From assembly GCA_016185845.1 (NCBI GenBank), contig JACPMV010000022.1, positions 1-44,937 on the forward strand: DNA of 44,937 nt. The letters are read 5' to 3'. Below are positions 10,178-20,125 of this stretch, piece after piece. Position 1 is the first letter of the stretch. The number at the start of each line of letters is the position of its first letter. The position numbers were made by a program, and so were the translations under genes. Source of the stretch: Candidatus Woesearchaeota archaeon. GTDB taxonomy: Archaea; Nanobdellota; Nanobdellia; Woesearchaeales; GW2011-AR4. The notes under the pieces are model-generated. The model had not been told where the DNA came from. It was given only the letters and a program-made list of their open reading frames with translations, and searched no databases.

Positions 10178-10249
10178 GGGCCCATGGTCTAGTGGCTAGG
10201 ATACAACCTTCACAGGGTTGGGGTGGGAGTTCAATTCTCTCTGGGCCCA
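10178..10249 (+). tRNA. tRNA-Val(CAC), intronless, CCA not encoded
   Basis: Acceptor GGGCCCA/TGGGCCC-A, anticodon arm CAACC-TTCACAG-GGTTG, T arm GGGAG-TTCAATT-CTCTC. Confidence 0.93.
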
Positions 10250-10250
10250 T

Positions 10251-10508
10251 TTATTTTTCATATTTTATCTTAAGAAAAAGCTGATATAAAACTATAATCC
10301 CAAAAATAATATTCATCACCAAAACAGGACTGGATTTAATAAAATAACCATATATAATCCAAAAAATTGTTCCAATAAGAGTTGCAATAATCATCCACAA
10401 GGACAAATCTGCAACGCTTCTTGTTTTGTAAGATTTAATCACTTGAGGAACGAAGCTAATCATAATAAAAATCCCGCCAAGATAACCTATAATCTCCTGA
10501 ATCATCAA
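10251..10508 (-). CDS. SemiSWEET/PQ-loop transporter
   Basis: SFVPQVIKSYKTRSVADLS, three TM segments. Confidence 0.88.
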   Translation of the reverse strand: MMIQEIIGYLGGIFIMISFVPQVIKSYKTRSVADLSLWMIIATLIGTIFWIIYGYFIKSSPVLVMNIIFGIIVLYQLFLKIKYEK

Positions 10509-10801
10509 ATCCCCAGCGCAATCCTCGCTTCCTCTGTCATCTTGTCAGGGCCCCATACAGGGCTGAAAGTAATTTCAACATCAACTTCAGAAACTCCGTC
10601 TATTGAAGAAACATGACGCCGTACATCGTCAAGCAAAGCAGGCCCGTAAGGGCACATCGGGCTTGTAAAAGTCATCAGAACTTTTACTTTATTCCCTTCA
10701 ATTTCAATATTATAGACAAGCCCTAAGCTCCATATGTCCAACTGTATCTCAGGATCATAAACTTTCTTCATTGTCTCTATAACTTCGTCTTTTGTTACCA
10801 T
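10505..10801 (-). CDS. DUF59/SufT-like Fe-S cluster assembly protein
   Basis: VYDPEIQLDIWSLGLVY, TSPMCP, FSPVW. Confidence 0.92.
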   Translation of the reverse strand: MVTKDEVIETMKKVYDPEIQLDIWSLGLVYNIEIEGNKVKVLMTFTSPMCPYGPALLDDVRRHVSSIDGVSEVDVEITFSPVWGPDKMTEEARIALGI

Positions 10802-10888
10802 AGCCTGGACTAAACCAATAAGATATAAAAATGTTTTTATAAAATACCAACAAAAAATTTAAGTATCTATTCACATTTATCTGTCAGA

Positions 10889-11530
10889 ATGATACAAAAA
10901 GCAGACTTGATGAATTTTTGGAAGGAGAATTTCGGCTTTAGAAGTGCAGAATTAAAATCTTTCAAAGAGGTGAACAGGGAAGACTTCATTCCTGAGAACC
11001 TAAAGCACGCGGCATATCATGATGTTCCATTGCCTTTGCTCAGAGGCAAGACCATATCACAGCCGACAACTGTGATGATAATGACCCATGCTTTGGAATT
11101 AAATCCGGGAGAAAAAGTTTTTGAAGTAGGGACTGGCTCCGGCTATCAGGCGGCAATAATCGCAAAAATTGTAGGTTCGAAAGGAAAAGTGATAACAACA
11201 GATGTTGTGCCTGAGCTTGTGCAGTTTGCAAGGCAAAATCTCAAAAAGGCTAAAATAGGCAATGCGATTATTCTTGAAGAAGACGGATCAAAAGGCATGC
11301 CAACTGAAGCGCCATTTGATAAAATCATAATAACTGCCGCATGCAGGGAATTTCCAAAAGAGCTTCTTGAGCAGCTAAAGCCAGAAGGCATAATAATAGG
11401 GCCAATCGGAAATGCCCAGGAGCAGGAGATGGTTCGCGGCAGAAAAGACAAAAAAGGGCATTTGGAACTGGAATTCTTCGGACCATTTCTCTTCACGCCA
11501 ATGTATGGGAAGTACGGGTTTGAGATTTAG
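10889..11530 (+). CDS. pcm: Protein-L-isoaspartate O-methyltransferase
   Basis: TISQP, EVGTGSGYQAA, APFDKIIITAA. Confidence 0.93.
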   Translation: MIQKADLMNFWKENFGFRSAELKSFKEVNREDFIPENLKHAAYHDVPLPLLRGKTISQPTTVMIMTHALELNPGEKVFEVGTGSGYQAAIIAKIVGSKGKVITTDVVPELVQFARQNLKKAKIGNAIILEEDGSKGMPTEAPFDKIIITAACREFPKELLEQLKPEGIIIGPIGNAQEQEMVRGRKDKKGHLELEFFGPFLFTPMYGKYGFEI

Positions 11531-11570
11531 GAAGATAAGTTTTAAATATTAGTTCGTTGATTGTTAGGTT

Positions 11571-12266
11571 ATGAGGAAATATTTTATTCTGAGTTCACTA
11601 TTGATATTAACTTTATTGATTGTTTCTTGCAGCAATGAGAAAAATAGTGGTCAGTTGCAATCGTACGAAAACAAAGATTTAGGAATTTCTTTTCAATATC
11701 CTGTAAATTTTAAGGTATATCAAAGCGATAAGAGTTCATTAACTATAGACAGCAGCTATGAAGACGCAGAACATCCTTTAGCAAGCATCCAGATTGGAAT
11801 TAAAAAGTACAGCCAGGATAGGGTAAGCCTGCAGGAGATTGAGTCAATAGTAAATCCGGATTTTTCGGGATTTATAAAAATTCTTGAAGCAGCTATAACA
11901 GAAGAAGGGCGTGAAGAGTTAAGAAGGCAAATAGAATTTACAAAAAGAACTAATCCAGAAGGATATAATCTTGCTTATGGAGATAAGAGTATAGATGAAG
12001 CGCTTGAAGAACAAGTAAAAACAATTCAAGAGCAAATTAAGGATATAAAGACAAAAAGAGCGTATAAAATTTTAAACAAAGTCAATTATGATATTATAGT
12101 TGTTGATTCTGCTGATAAGTATTATCCATACTACCTGCTAAGCGATAAAGGCACATTTATTGTGGACCATCTGCAGACATGGCAAAATGGGTTTGTTCCT
12201 GAGCAGGAATACAATTCGTACAAGGAAAAGTTTGATTCAATAGTAAACTCAATAAAAATTATTTAG
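11571..12266 (+). CDS. Putative lipoprotein
   Basis: Signal peptide with lipobox-like IVSC; YENKDLGISFQYP and FDSIVNSIKI resemble PsbP-like proteins. Confidence 0.7.
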   Translation: MRKYFILSSLLILTLLIVSCSNEKNSGQLQSYENKDLGISFQYPVNFKVYQSDKSSLTIDSSYEDAEHPLASIQIGIKKYSQDRVSLQEIESIVNPDFSGFIKILEAAITEEGREELRRQIEFTKRTNPEGYNLAYGDKSIDEALEEQVKTIQEQIKDIKTKRAYKILNKVNYDIIVVDSADKYYPYYLLSDKGTFIVDHLQTWQNGFVPEQEYNSYKEKFDSIVNSIKII

Positions 12267-12310
12267 TTTAGTTAACTTTAAATACATCCTTTCCAAAGAT
12301 AACAAAAAAG

Positions 12311-14923
12311 ATGGTTAAGATAAAAAAATTTGTCTCTTTAATTTCTGTAGTTTTTCTTATCCTAAGCAATCTTGCTTTAGCCCAATCTGACCCAAGCTCT
12401 TACGAAGGCAGGCCAATAGACCCTTCAAGGGAAGGCATTGATTATTACAGGGAAGGCAATGTTATTGTCTATCCTGCTGAAATGGGCTCCGAAGAGCAAA
12501 GAATGATGGAGCGCTTCAGCAGGGGAGAACTATCAGAGGAAGAAATGAGAAAAATGGCCAGGGAAAAATTTGGCGATAAATTTGACGAGATGGAGTTCAA
12601 AAGATCAATGATGGAGTCCAAGGAAAGAATGGAGAGAAAAGACACCTTTTCCTATGAGAATGAAGGCTATCAGGGATATTATCAAAGCCCTTCTTATGAA
12701 GGATATTCCAAGGAAAACATGATTTTTGGCATGCTGTTTGAGCACATAGGGGGTGACATAGACCCAAGGGATATAAAGCAAAACTGCAATGAGCCTGACA
12801 AGATAGCTGATACTATATTAGCCAAGCTGAAAGAGAAAGTCGGGAATTTTCAGAGCATATGCAGCAGGGCCAGGGAGCAGGAATCAAAGTGTGAGGAACA
12901 GTCCAAAAAAGGCTGCTCTCAGATTGGCGCAGCTTTCGTAAGGGAAGGCGCCACAGAGATGGAAAAGCTTAATGCAGTTGCATATTCATGCCCTCCAAAC
13001 AAAGATGCTGTAGTCGAAGCCTGCAAAAAAAGAAATATGCTGCAGATGGAGCAAAGGCTCAGCAATCTTGACGAGGAGTGCAGAAAGAGGTTTGATTACG
13101 AAGGCGAAAGGCTTGCAAAAGAGTGCGACAGATTCAAACAAAACCAAATTTGCGACAAAGAAAAGTACATGGAAAGGTGCATGGGCGGAGTTAAAAAGGA
13201 AGAAAAGTCAATATGCCCCGCTTATCCAACTCCCCAATGCGAATCCGGCTCAGTTTTAAGAAGCAAGACAGACTCCAATGGATGCGCTTATCATTATTGC
13301 GAGACAGAGATAAAAGCATGTACTGCAGAGGCAAAGCAATGCCCTGACGGAAGTTATGTGTCAAGGACTGGGACTAATTGCGAGTTTGCGCCCTGCCCTG
13401 AAACAAAATGCCCGGAACCTACAAAGCCTGTATGCGCAGAAAGCCAGGCTCTAAAATCAAAAACCGACAGCAATGGCTGTGTTTATTATTTCTGTGAAAC
13501 TGCCGCAACAGCGTGCCCTGAGCCAGTAACTCCTGCATGCGCTACTGGAACTCACCTGGAAAAAAGCGCTGATGAAAGAGGATGTGTTTATTATTATTGC
13601 AAGCAAGATGAATGCGCTCAGGTTTCTAAGCCGGCTTGCGCTTCCGGAGAAAGGCTCGAATCATACTATGACAACAGAGGCTGTGTAACAGGCTACCAAT
13701 GCATTAAATACGAAACTGCCTGTCCTGATGTAACAAAGCCAGTTTGCTCTGAAGGCCAAAGCCTGACAGCAAAATATGATGATAAAGGATGCACCAGCTA
13801 TGAATGCGTTTCTGTGACTTCGACTACGGGCAATGCAATAACAGGCGCTGCGGTTCTTTCGACTTATGGTGACTATCTAAGACATTGCGAAAACTCGTGG
13901 AATGAGCAGCAAAGGATTTGCTCAAATACGCCCCAAGCCTGCGATAAGGAGGATTTTGTAGAGAAATGCAAGGAGCAGGAAAGGAAGCACAGCAGCGACT
14001 TGAATGCCCAAATCGAAAAGAACTGCCAGCATGCCACTGAATCAGAAATAAGGCATGCAGAGGAAAGATGCTCAAGGATAGACGATGAAAGAGCAAGATG
14101 CCTTGAGCATGGCACAAAAAGATGCGAGCAAATGAAAGGCAATGCGGAAAAATGCGTGGAACTGATGACCGAGGAGCGCGTAAGAAAATTCATAGCTGAT
14201 GAAGCCGCAAAAAGGTGCAAGTTCAAGGACATACTTGCTGACGAAGAGGATGTAAAGGGATCAGATAAAGCTGAGATTATCCTGGCCGTATTGAGCACTG
14301 CAACCGAAGGGGACATTGAAAAATTAAATCTTTTTATCGATGATCTAAAGGAGGACTTAAAGCTTCAGGACACGACAATCTACAAGGGAACAATAAATCC
14401 AAATAATTTTGGCGATGTAAAGCTGCTGCCATTTGTTGTCAACGCGAAGATAAGCGCAGCCAAAAGCTCTGAAAGGGCAAAAGATGTCAAGGAAAGTATT
14501 GTGGCAAGCAGCAAGGTTGAGGAAGCTGCCTCAAAGCTTGCTTCCCTGAGAGATTCTGATGTGCCTGCCGAATACCTGTACATAATTGAGGACAAGGCAA
14601 GCGAAGTTCTTGACGCTTCTGATGAACTGGAAGACGTTGAGAATAAAGAGGGGCAGAAAGGAATTGGCTATAAGATCAAGCTGTTCCTTGGCCTGGCAAA
14701 GGCGGCAGAGCAGGAAGAGATAAAGCAGCTGGAAGAAAGCAATTCCAAGTTGCAGAGTTCAATAGACACTTTGGCAAAACTGATTGATGAAGTGCCAAGC
14801 GATGTTGCAAAAGCGATTTTGAAAGAGCAGGTTGAAAACCTGAAGGAACAGCAGGCTGATACCAAAGTCCTTATCGAGTCAAAAGAGAAGAAAGCAAAAG
14901 GATGGTTTGGGGTTTTTGGGTAA
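12311..14923 (+). CDS. Large secreted Cys-rich repeat protein
   Basis: Signal peptide ending ALA; central Cys repeats; Cys-studded helical flanks; coiled-coil C-terminus. Confidence 0.85.
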   Translation: MVKIKKFVSLISVVFLILSNLALAQSDPSSYEGRPIDPSREGIDYYREGNVIVYPAEMGSEEQRMMERFSRGELSEEEMRKMAREKFGDKFDEMEFKRSMMESKERMERKDTFSYENEGYQGYYQSPSYEGYSKENMIFGMLFEHIGGDIDPRDIKQNCNEPDKIADTILAKLKEKVGNFQSICSRAREQESKCEEQSKKGCSQIGAAFVREGATEMEKLNAVAYSCPPNKDAVVEACKKRNMLQMEQRLSNLDEECRKRFDYEGERLAKECDRFKQNQICDKEKYMERCMGGVKKEEKSICPAYPTPQCESGSVLRSKTDSNGCAYHYCETEIKACTAEAKQCPDGSYVSRTGTNCEFAPCPETKCPEPTKPVCAESQALKSKTDSNGCVYYFCETAATACPEPVTPACATGTHLEKSADERGCVYYYCKQDECAQVSKPACASGERLESYYDNRGCVTGYQCIKYETACPDVTKPVCSEGQSLTAKYDDKGCTSYECVSVTSTTGNAITGAAVLSTYGDYLRHCENSWNEQQRICSNTPQACDKEDFVEKCKEQERKHSSDLNAQIEKNCQHATESEIRHAEERCSRIDDERARCLEHGTKRCEQMKGNAEKCVELMTEERVRKFIADEAAKRCKFKDILADEEDVKGSDKAEIILAVLSTATEGDIEKLNLFIDDLKEDLKLQDTTIYKGTINPNNFGDVKLLPFVVNAKISAAKSSERAKDVKESIVASSKVEEAASKLASLRDSDVPAEYLYIIEDKASEVLDASDELEDVENKEGQKGIGYKIKLFLGLAKAAEQEEIKQLEESNSKLQSSIDTLAKLIDEVPSDVAKAILKEQVENLKEQQADTKVLIESKEKKAKGWFGVFG
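13214..13808 (+). repeat. Five ~31-aa four-Cys repeats plus one CTAEAKQCPDGS module
   Basis: CPAYPTPQC, CPEPTKPVC, CPEPVTPAC, CAQVSKPAC, CPDVTKPVC, each followed by DxxGC..Y/F.C. Confidence 0.85.
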
Positions 14924-15026
14924 TTTAATCTCATAAACGCAGACTTTTTTCTGGTGTATTAATAGAAAGATTTAAATATAAGTATATACTTATTAGATAT
15001 AAATATATATAAATTATACATATAAA

Positions 15027-15308
15027 ATGCCTCAAACAATTCATATTAAGGAAAGAGAAAAACTAGCGCATTCTCCTACTTTAAATACTATTCTCATGGT
15101 TGAGGAAGTATTAAAAAATGGCGATTTAATGACGTTGTCTGAATTAAAAATGAAGTTGCCAAAAAAGGTGATGCACCAAACTCTGCTTCAAATATTAGAT
15201 TACCTACAACTTAGCGGTAAAATAATTATTGGAACAAAAGGAATTCTATGGATATACGCAGAAAGAAAAGAATTGAATGAGTTAATTAGAAGAGGAACTG
15301 AGTTATGA
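15027..15308 (+). CDS. Winged-helix protein, putative antitoxin/regulator
   Basis: SPTLNTILMVEE...LPKKVMHQTLLQILDYLQLSGKI; coupled to the next gene. Confidence 0.7.
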   Translation: MPQTIHIKEREKLAHSPTLNTILMVEEVLKNGDLMTLSELKMKLPKKVMHQTLLQILDYLQLSGKIIIGTKGILWIYAERKELNELIRRGTEL

Positions 15309-15676
15309 ATAAACCAGTTAGAGTAATCTTTCTTGATGGGGCTGATTCTGAGTACAAGAAATTAAACGAGATAGTTGGACAGCAAATCAAAGAAAGCAAG
15401 GAAAACACAGAAGAAATGCAATTGCTCCGTTCAATAAGGCAGAAGATTGATTTTGTCAAAGCAAATCCGTTCTATGGAGATAATATTTCAAAAGCACTTA
15501 TCCCGAAAGAATACATTGTAAGATATGATGCAAAAAACTTATGGAGAGTTGAATTGACAAATTATTGGAAGATGTTATACACTATCAAAGGCGACCAAGT
15601 TGAAATAATTTGCTTTGTTCTTGATATAATCGACCATAAGGGGTATGATAAGAAGTTTGGGTATAGGAAGAGATAA
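15305..15676 (+). CDS. RelE-like toxin
   Basis: LWRVELTNYWKMLYTI...LDIIDHKGYDKKFGY. Confidence 0.7.
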   Translation: MNKPVRVIFLDGADSEYKKLNEIVGQQIKESKENTEEMQLLRSIRQKIDFVKANPFYGDNISKALIPKEYIVRYDAKNLWRVELTNYWKMLYTIKGDQVEIICFVLDIIDHKGYDKKFGYRKR

Positions 15677-15733
15677 ATTGTTGGGATTTTTGAAGCAAAG
15701 TATTAAATAATAAAATATAAATTTATAATTAAA

Positions 15734-16015
15734 GTGAAAACTTTATCTACAAATCAGATATTTGGAATGCTTGTTTTATTGATGTATTCTTTTTTTGTTT
15801 TTATATTATTCAACAAGGTTGATGGAGACTCATTAGTAAGAGATGTAGCTATTACTCTCTTTATTTTGATTGGGTTAATTAATCATTACTTATATGCTAG
15901 ATATAGAAAAATATTTTGGGCTCTACTGATAATAGCAACAATTTATTTCATATTTTTAATGTACGGATTATACCAGTATTATTGTTGTTTTACATATGAA
16001 ATTGGAGAATTGTAA
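15734..16015 (+). CDS. Small membrane protein
   Basis: 93 aa, three hydrophobic segments, AT-rich, GTG start. Confidence 0.5.
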   Translation: MKTLSTNQIFGMLVLLMYSFFVFILFNKVDGDSLVRDVAITLFILIGLINHYLYARYRKIFWALLIIATIYFIFLMYGLYQYYCCFTYEIGEL

Positions 16016-16116
16016 AATCTCTCAATGAGTTGGCAATATAAAAATCCAATTAAATAGACAAATCTGTTTTTTGAGTGTGCCCCTTCTCGTAAAAGCCTCG
16101 AAAAAATTGAATATAA

Positions 16117-17493
16117 CTAGTTTCTCCCCTGATAGCTTCCCCTGTTCTGGCTCCTGTGACGGCTTTGCCCGTAACTGGGCCTGTCACCGCTGGAATATGA
16201 TTTTCTTTCTCCGGAATGGCTGCTTTGGCTTGAGCCTTGCGAACTGAATCTTCTGCCCCTGCTGGCGTATTGCACCCTGACTCCACCATGGCTTGGCCTG
16301 CGGCCATAGCCCTCTCCCGAACGCCCTCTTTGATGATGCGGCCTTCCGTGCCCAAAAGACTCCCTTTTTATGTAAGGCATGAAACCAACTCTCGGAAATT
16401 CCGGCACCGGCAGATGCTGTATTGTGATTGACCTGTCTTCAAGGACAGCCCTCATGTTTTCATGGTCTTCCTCTGAAAGTATTGAGATTACTTTTCCCTC
16501 TGCGCCTGCCCTTGCAGTCCTACCTATCCTGTGTATGTATTCCTTTGACGTCTTTGGAATGTCATAATTGAAAATGTGGCTTATGTTCTTTATGTCAAGC
16601 CCCCTTGCCGCGACATCGCTTGCAACAAGTATCTTTGAGCTTCCGCTGTGGAACATGTCTATAGCCCTTTTTCTCTGGTTCTGGCTCAAGCCTCCGTGGA
16701 TGGCAATTGCATTGATTCCGTTGGACTCCAGATTTTTGCTTACTATATCCACCCTTCTTCTCGTGGCGCAGAATATAATTGCAAGGCTTGGATTTTCATG
16801 CTTTAATATGTGGACCAGCAAAGAAAATTTGTCTCTTGAATTGATTGAATAATAAAACTGCGGCAGCATATGCTCCTCGACATAGGACTGCACTTTCACC
16901 TTTTCAGGATTTTTCATATAATGCCTGACTATCTCGTGCACCTGTGTTGACATTGTCGCGCTGAAAAGCAGGGTCTGCCTTTCTTTTGGAGTTTGTGAAA
17001 CTATTGTCCTTACGTCCTCGATGAATCCCATCTCAAACATCTTGTCTGCCTCGTCAAGAACAAGAATTGCAAGTTTTCTAAGATTCAGCGTTCCCCTCTG
17101 CAGGTGGTCGAGAATCCTTCCAGGAGTTCCTACAATGACATCTGCATTTCTAATCTGCTGGAACTGAGGGTTTATTGACACGCCGCCGTAGATTGCAGTT
17201 ATGTTCAATCTTTTGTATTTTGAGAATTTCCTGAGCTCTGACATGACCTGCTCGCACAGCTCCCTTGTTGGTACAAGGACAAGTGCCTGCAATCCGCCAT
17301 TATGGCTGATTTTTTCCAACAGCGGAAATCCGAAAGCTGCCGTCTTTCCCGAGCCTGTCATTGACTGGCCAATCACATCTTTTCCCTGCTGGATTAATGG
17401 TATTGCTTTCTGCTGTATCTCTGTCATCTCCTGGAATCCAAGCTCCAGAAATGCCTTCTTTAAATCCTCATGTAAATGTATTCCTGATATCAT
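16117..17493 (-). CDS. DEAD-box RNA helicase with Arg/Gly/Ser-rich tail
   Basis: TGSGKT, PTREL, TPGR, DEAD, SAT, ARGLD, HRIGRTAR. Confidence 0.96.
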   Translation of the reverse strand: MISGIHLHEDLKKAFLELGFQEMTEIQQKAIPLIQQGKDVIGQSMTGSGKTAAFGFPLLEKISHNGGLQALVLVPTRELCEQVMSELRKFSKYKRLNITAIYGGVSINPQFQQIRNADVIVGTPGRILDHLQRGTLNLRKLAILVLDEADKMFEMGFIEDVRTIVSQTPKERQTLLFSATMSTQVHEIVRHYMKNPEKVKVQSYVEEHMLPQFYYSINSRDKFSLLVHILKHENPSLAIIFCATRRRVDIVSKNLESNGINAIAIHGGLSQNQRKRAIDMFHSGSSKILVASDVAARGLDIKNISHIFNYDIPKTSKEYIHRIGRTARAGAEGKVISILSEEDHENMRAVLEDRSITIQHLPVPEFPRVGFMPYIKRESFGHGRPHHQRGRSGEGYGRRPSHGGVRVQYASRGRRFSSQGSSQSSHSGERKSYSSGDRPSYGQSRHRSQNRGSYQGRN

Positions 17494-17695
17494 TTTAGTT
17501 TCCTCGCCTATTTTACGTCCAGTTGGTGCAATAATCTCAGAAATATCGCCTTAATTTTTGACCAAGGACTGATAGCCAAGGCATATTTCTGCTCTCTTTG
17601 CGCGAAAGACAAAACAACAACGCGCTTTCACAATTATTACTCTATTCTTCAGTATAACACTCCCTTTTTAAGGGTTTCTATCTGATTTAAAACAG

Positions 17696-18601
17696 TTAAT
17701 TTTCAATTAAGATGGTTTCTTTTCTTCTTTTAGGAGAAATTCTGCATTCCCCAGAGCAGCTTTTATTGTGCATTTCTTTGCAGTTTTCACAGCAGATAAA
17801 CAGCTTATCGCAGTCAAGATTGTGGCAGTTCATGTAATCGTCGCACTTCTTTTTGCACCAGGCGCATTCTTCCAATGGCCATGTATTGAATCTGTTTATT
17901 TGAATAGCCAGCCTGTCGTCAAAGACAAAGCATTTTCCTTCCCAGTAAGTGTCGGGAAATTCCTCGCCGTATTTCAGGATGCCGCCTTTGATTTGGCAAA
18001 CATCTTTGAACCCATTTTCATTAAGAAAGGCAGTTGCCTTCTCGCACCTTATCCCGCCTGTGCAGTATGCGACTATTTTCTTGTTTTTAAGGCTTTCAAT
18101 ATTTTTTACAGCTTTAGGCAAATCCCTAAAATTTTCAATGGGCAGGCTTATTGCATTCCTGAACCTGCCAATCCTGAACTCGTAGCCATTCCTCATGTCA
18201 ACCAAAGCAATGTCCTCATTTCTGTCAAGCATTTCTTTTAATTGTATAGGTGTCAGGAACTTGCCGGTGTTTTTTAAATCAACATCCAGTCCGGAGTAAA
18301 CTATCTCTTTTCTTACTCTTACAAACATCTTCCTGTAGGCAGGCTTTTCAGTATATGTGTCTTTAAACTCAATGTCTGAGAATAGGGAATTTTCCATTAA
18401 TCCGTTTTTATATTCTTCAATCTGTCCCTTTGTTCCGTAAACGCAGCCGTTTATGCCTTCTTCACCAACAAGAATCCTTCCTTTCAGGCCTAATAACAGG
18501 CAGAATTCAAGGTGCTTCTGCTGGAATTCCAGAGGATTGTGTATTTTGACGTACTTGTAGAATGAGGATACAATTTTTATCTCTGGAATATTATTTTGCA
18601 T
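17696..18601 (-). CDS. trhO: Rhodanese-domain tRNA U34 hydroxylase (UPF0176)
   Basis: GRILVGEEGING, YCTGGIRCEK, GGILKY, WEGKCFVFDDR, C-terminal Cys cluster. Confidence 0.88.
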   Translation of the reverse strand: MQNNIPEIKIVSSFYKYVKIHNPLEFQQKHLEFCLLLGLKGRILVGEEGINGCVYGTKGQIEEYKNGLMENSLFSDIEFKDTYTEKPAYRKMFVRVRKEIVYSGLDVDLKNTGKFLTPIQLKEMLDRNEDIALVDMRNGYEFRIGRFRNAISLPIENFRDLPKAVKNIESLKNKKIVAYCTGGIRCEKATAFLNENGFKDVCQIKGGILKYGEEFPDTYWEGKCFVFDDRLAIQINRFNTWPLEECAWCKKKCDDYMNCHNLDCDKLFICCENCKEMHNKSCSGECRISPKRRKETILIEN

Positions 18602-18605
18602 AAGC

Positions 18606-20081
18606 CTACCCCAAAAATCCCCTTATGAAGCCTGCCCTTGTTATGTTCTCTGTCAATAGCCTGTGGTCTTTTTTCTTCAAATCATCAAGTATTATAGAGG
18701 TAACTTTTTTGTGTTTTGAATTCTCTTCGTATTCAATCATGCCTGCGACTTTTTCTATTTTCTTGGATATTTCACTGGGAAATATGTGCAGATTGTCCTT
18801 GTTAAGGTATTGCAATGAATCTTTTAAATCATTGTCAAAATTAGCGTATATATCCTTAATGTAATCAATTTCCCTTTCTTCCAGCGCATTCAGCCCTATA
18901 AGTTCAGGAGGCAGTCCATAAGAGTACAAGGCAGCGCAGAAGGTTATTGCCCTTGGCAGTTTTAAATCACCAATGCTTCTGGAATATCCATAAAGTCCTA
19001 TGTGCAGTTTTCTTTTTCTCCTGGATGGTATATAGGGGGAGATATTGTTTATGAAATCGGCAAGCAGCCTGATTTGCTTCCTGTACTCGTGCATTATCTT
19101 GTCAATTATTGAAATGCACTTTTTCTCATCAACCTGCACCGGCTTCCCGGGCCTTGACTCATTCAGGAACTCGACTGCATTTGTAACATCAGTTATGTTG
19201 TAATCATACTTGAATGCTGACTGCAGTGTATAGGTATGCACGCTCGGGTAGCCCTGTATGCAGTTTTTGATATTGGTCGGCTTGAAGTTCCCCCTGAAAG
19301 GCGCTGAGCCGCACCCGAGTATGGGCAGCAGGTCAACAGACATCTTTTCCTGCAGACCATGTATTTTCTGGAATGCAACCTTGAGCATCAGCACAGTGGC
19401 AAGATTCCCGTAGTTCAATGCAGGATCAGATCTTGCAAGCCATACTCTCTGATAGTCCTCAACTTTCTCTTCTTTCAGATAGCCTTCCACAATCTTGTCT
19501 GCATTCAGGATAGTATCTTTTTCTTCAATCAATGGAATTATCCTGAGGCTCTCAGGCTGGAATTTTCCAATCCATTGTGCTATGGTTACGTCATTCCCCA
19601 ATTTATGGTGCTGTTTTCCTACAACATGGTTCTTGTAGTAATTTGATATCCTGATCAGTTCCCTGTAGTCTGTAGTCATGGGAAGCGCAATCTCAAAGAT
19701 TGGGGCGATGTCATCATCATAGAACAGCTTGGCAGTGTCAAAATTCCTTGGTATGCTTTCCAAAGTCTCAAGCAGTATTTTAGCTTCATTTTTCTCCACA
19801 GAGGGGTTTGGCACCCTTAATGTAAGGAAAACATCCTTGCCAAGGACATGCTTCTTGAAATAAGGCTCATATTTTGTAAGTAATTTTTTGACGACAAAAT
19901 TATCGACTTCCTTTCCCTCGCAGTCCCACAGCTGCTCCTTGCAGCGGATATGCGAGTAAGTGTAGAATACTTCCTTTATTTCATCCTCTCCAGCAAGCTC
20001 TGCATTGTCCGAGAAAAAAGGATGGTTTACATTGTCAGGATGCTGCGTTGACATAGCTCTCGAGACGTTGTATTTTGGCAT
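18606..20081 (-). CDS. ppcA: Archaeal-type phosphoenolpyruvate carboxylase
   Basis: MSTQHPDN, WDCEGK, ARSDPALNYG, GSAPFRG, LPRAITF. Confidence 0.95.
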   Translation of the reverse strand: MPKYNVSRAMSTQHPDNVNHPFFSDNAELAGEDEIKEVFYTYSHIRCKEQLWDCEGKEVDNFVVKKLLTKYEPYFKKHVLGKDVFLTLRVPNPSVEKNEAKILLETLESIPRNFDTAKLFYDDDIAPIFEIALPMTTDYRELIRISNYYKNHVVGKQHHKLGNDVTIAQWIGKFQPESLRIIPLIEEKDTILNADKIVEGYLKEEKVEDYQRVWLARSDPALNYGNLATVLMLKVAFQKIHGLQEKMSVDLLPILGCGSAPFRGNFKPTNIKNCIQGYPSVHTYTLQSAFKYDYNITDVTNAVEFLNESRPGKPVQVDEKKCISIIDKIMHEYRKQIRLLADFINNISPYIPSRRKRKLHIGLYGYSRSIGDLKLPRAITFCAALYSYGLPPELIGLNALEEREIDYIKDIYANFDNDLKDSLQYLNKDNLHIFPSEISKKIEKVAGMIEYEENSKHKKVTSIILDDLKKKDHRLLTENITRAGFIRGFLG

Positions 20082-20125
20082 AAGCTGAAGTAGAAATAAG
20101 GGGTTTAAATAGGTTATGAATGGCT

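Noticed and set aside
10204-10220. UCA anticodon (Sec or opal suppressor) in the 10178 tRNA
   Set aside because: The stem CAACC/GGTTG centres CAC, and there is no long variable arm.
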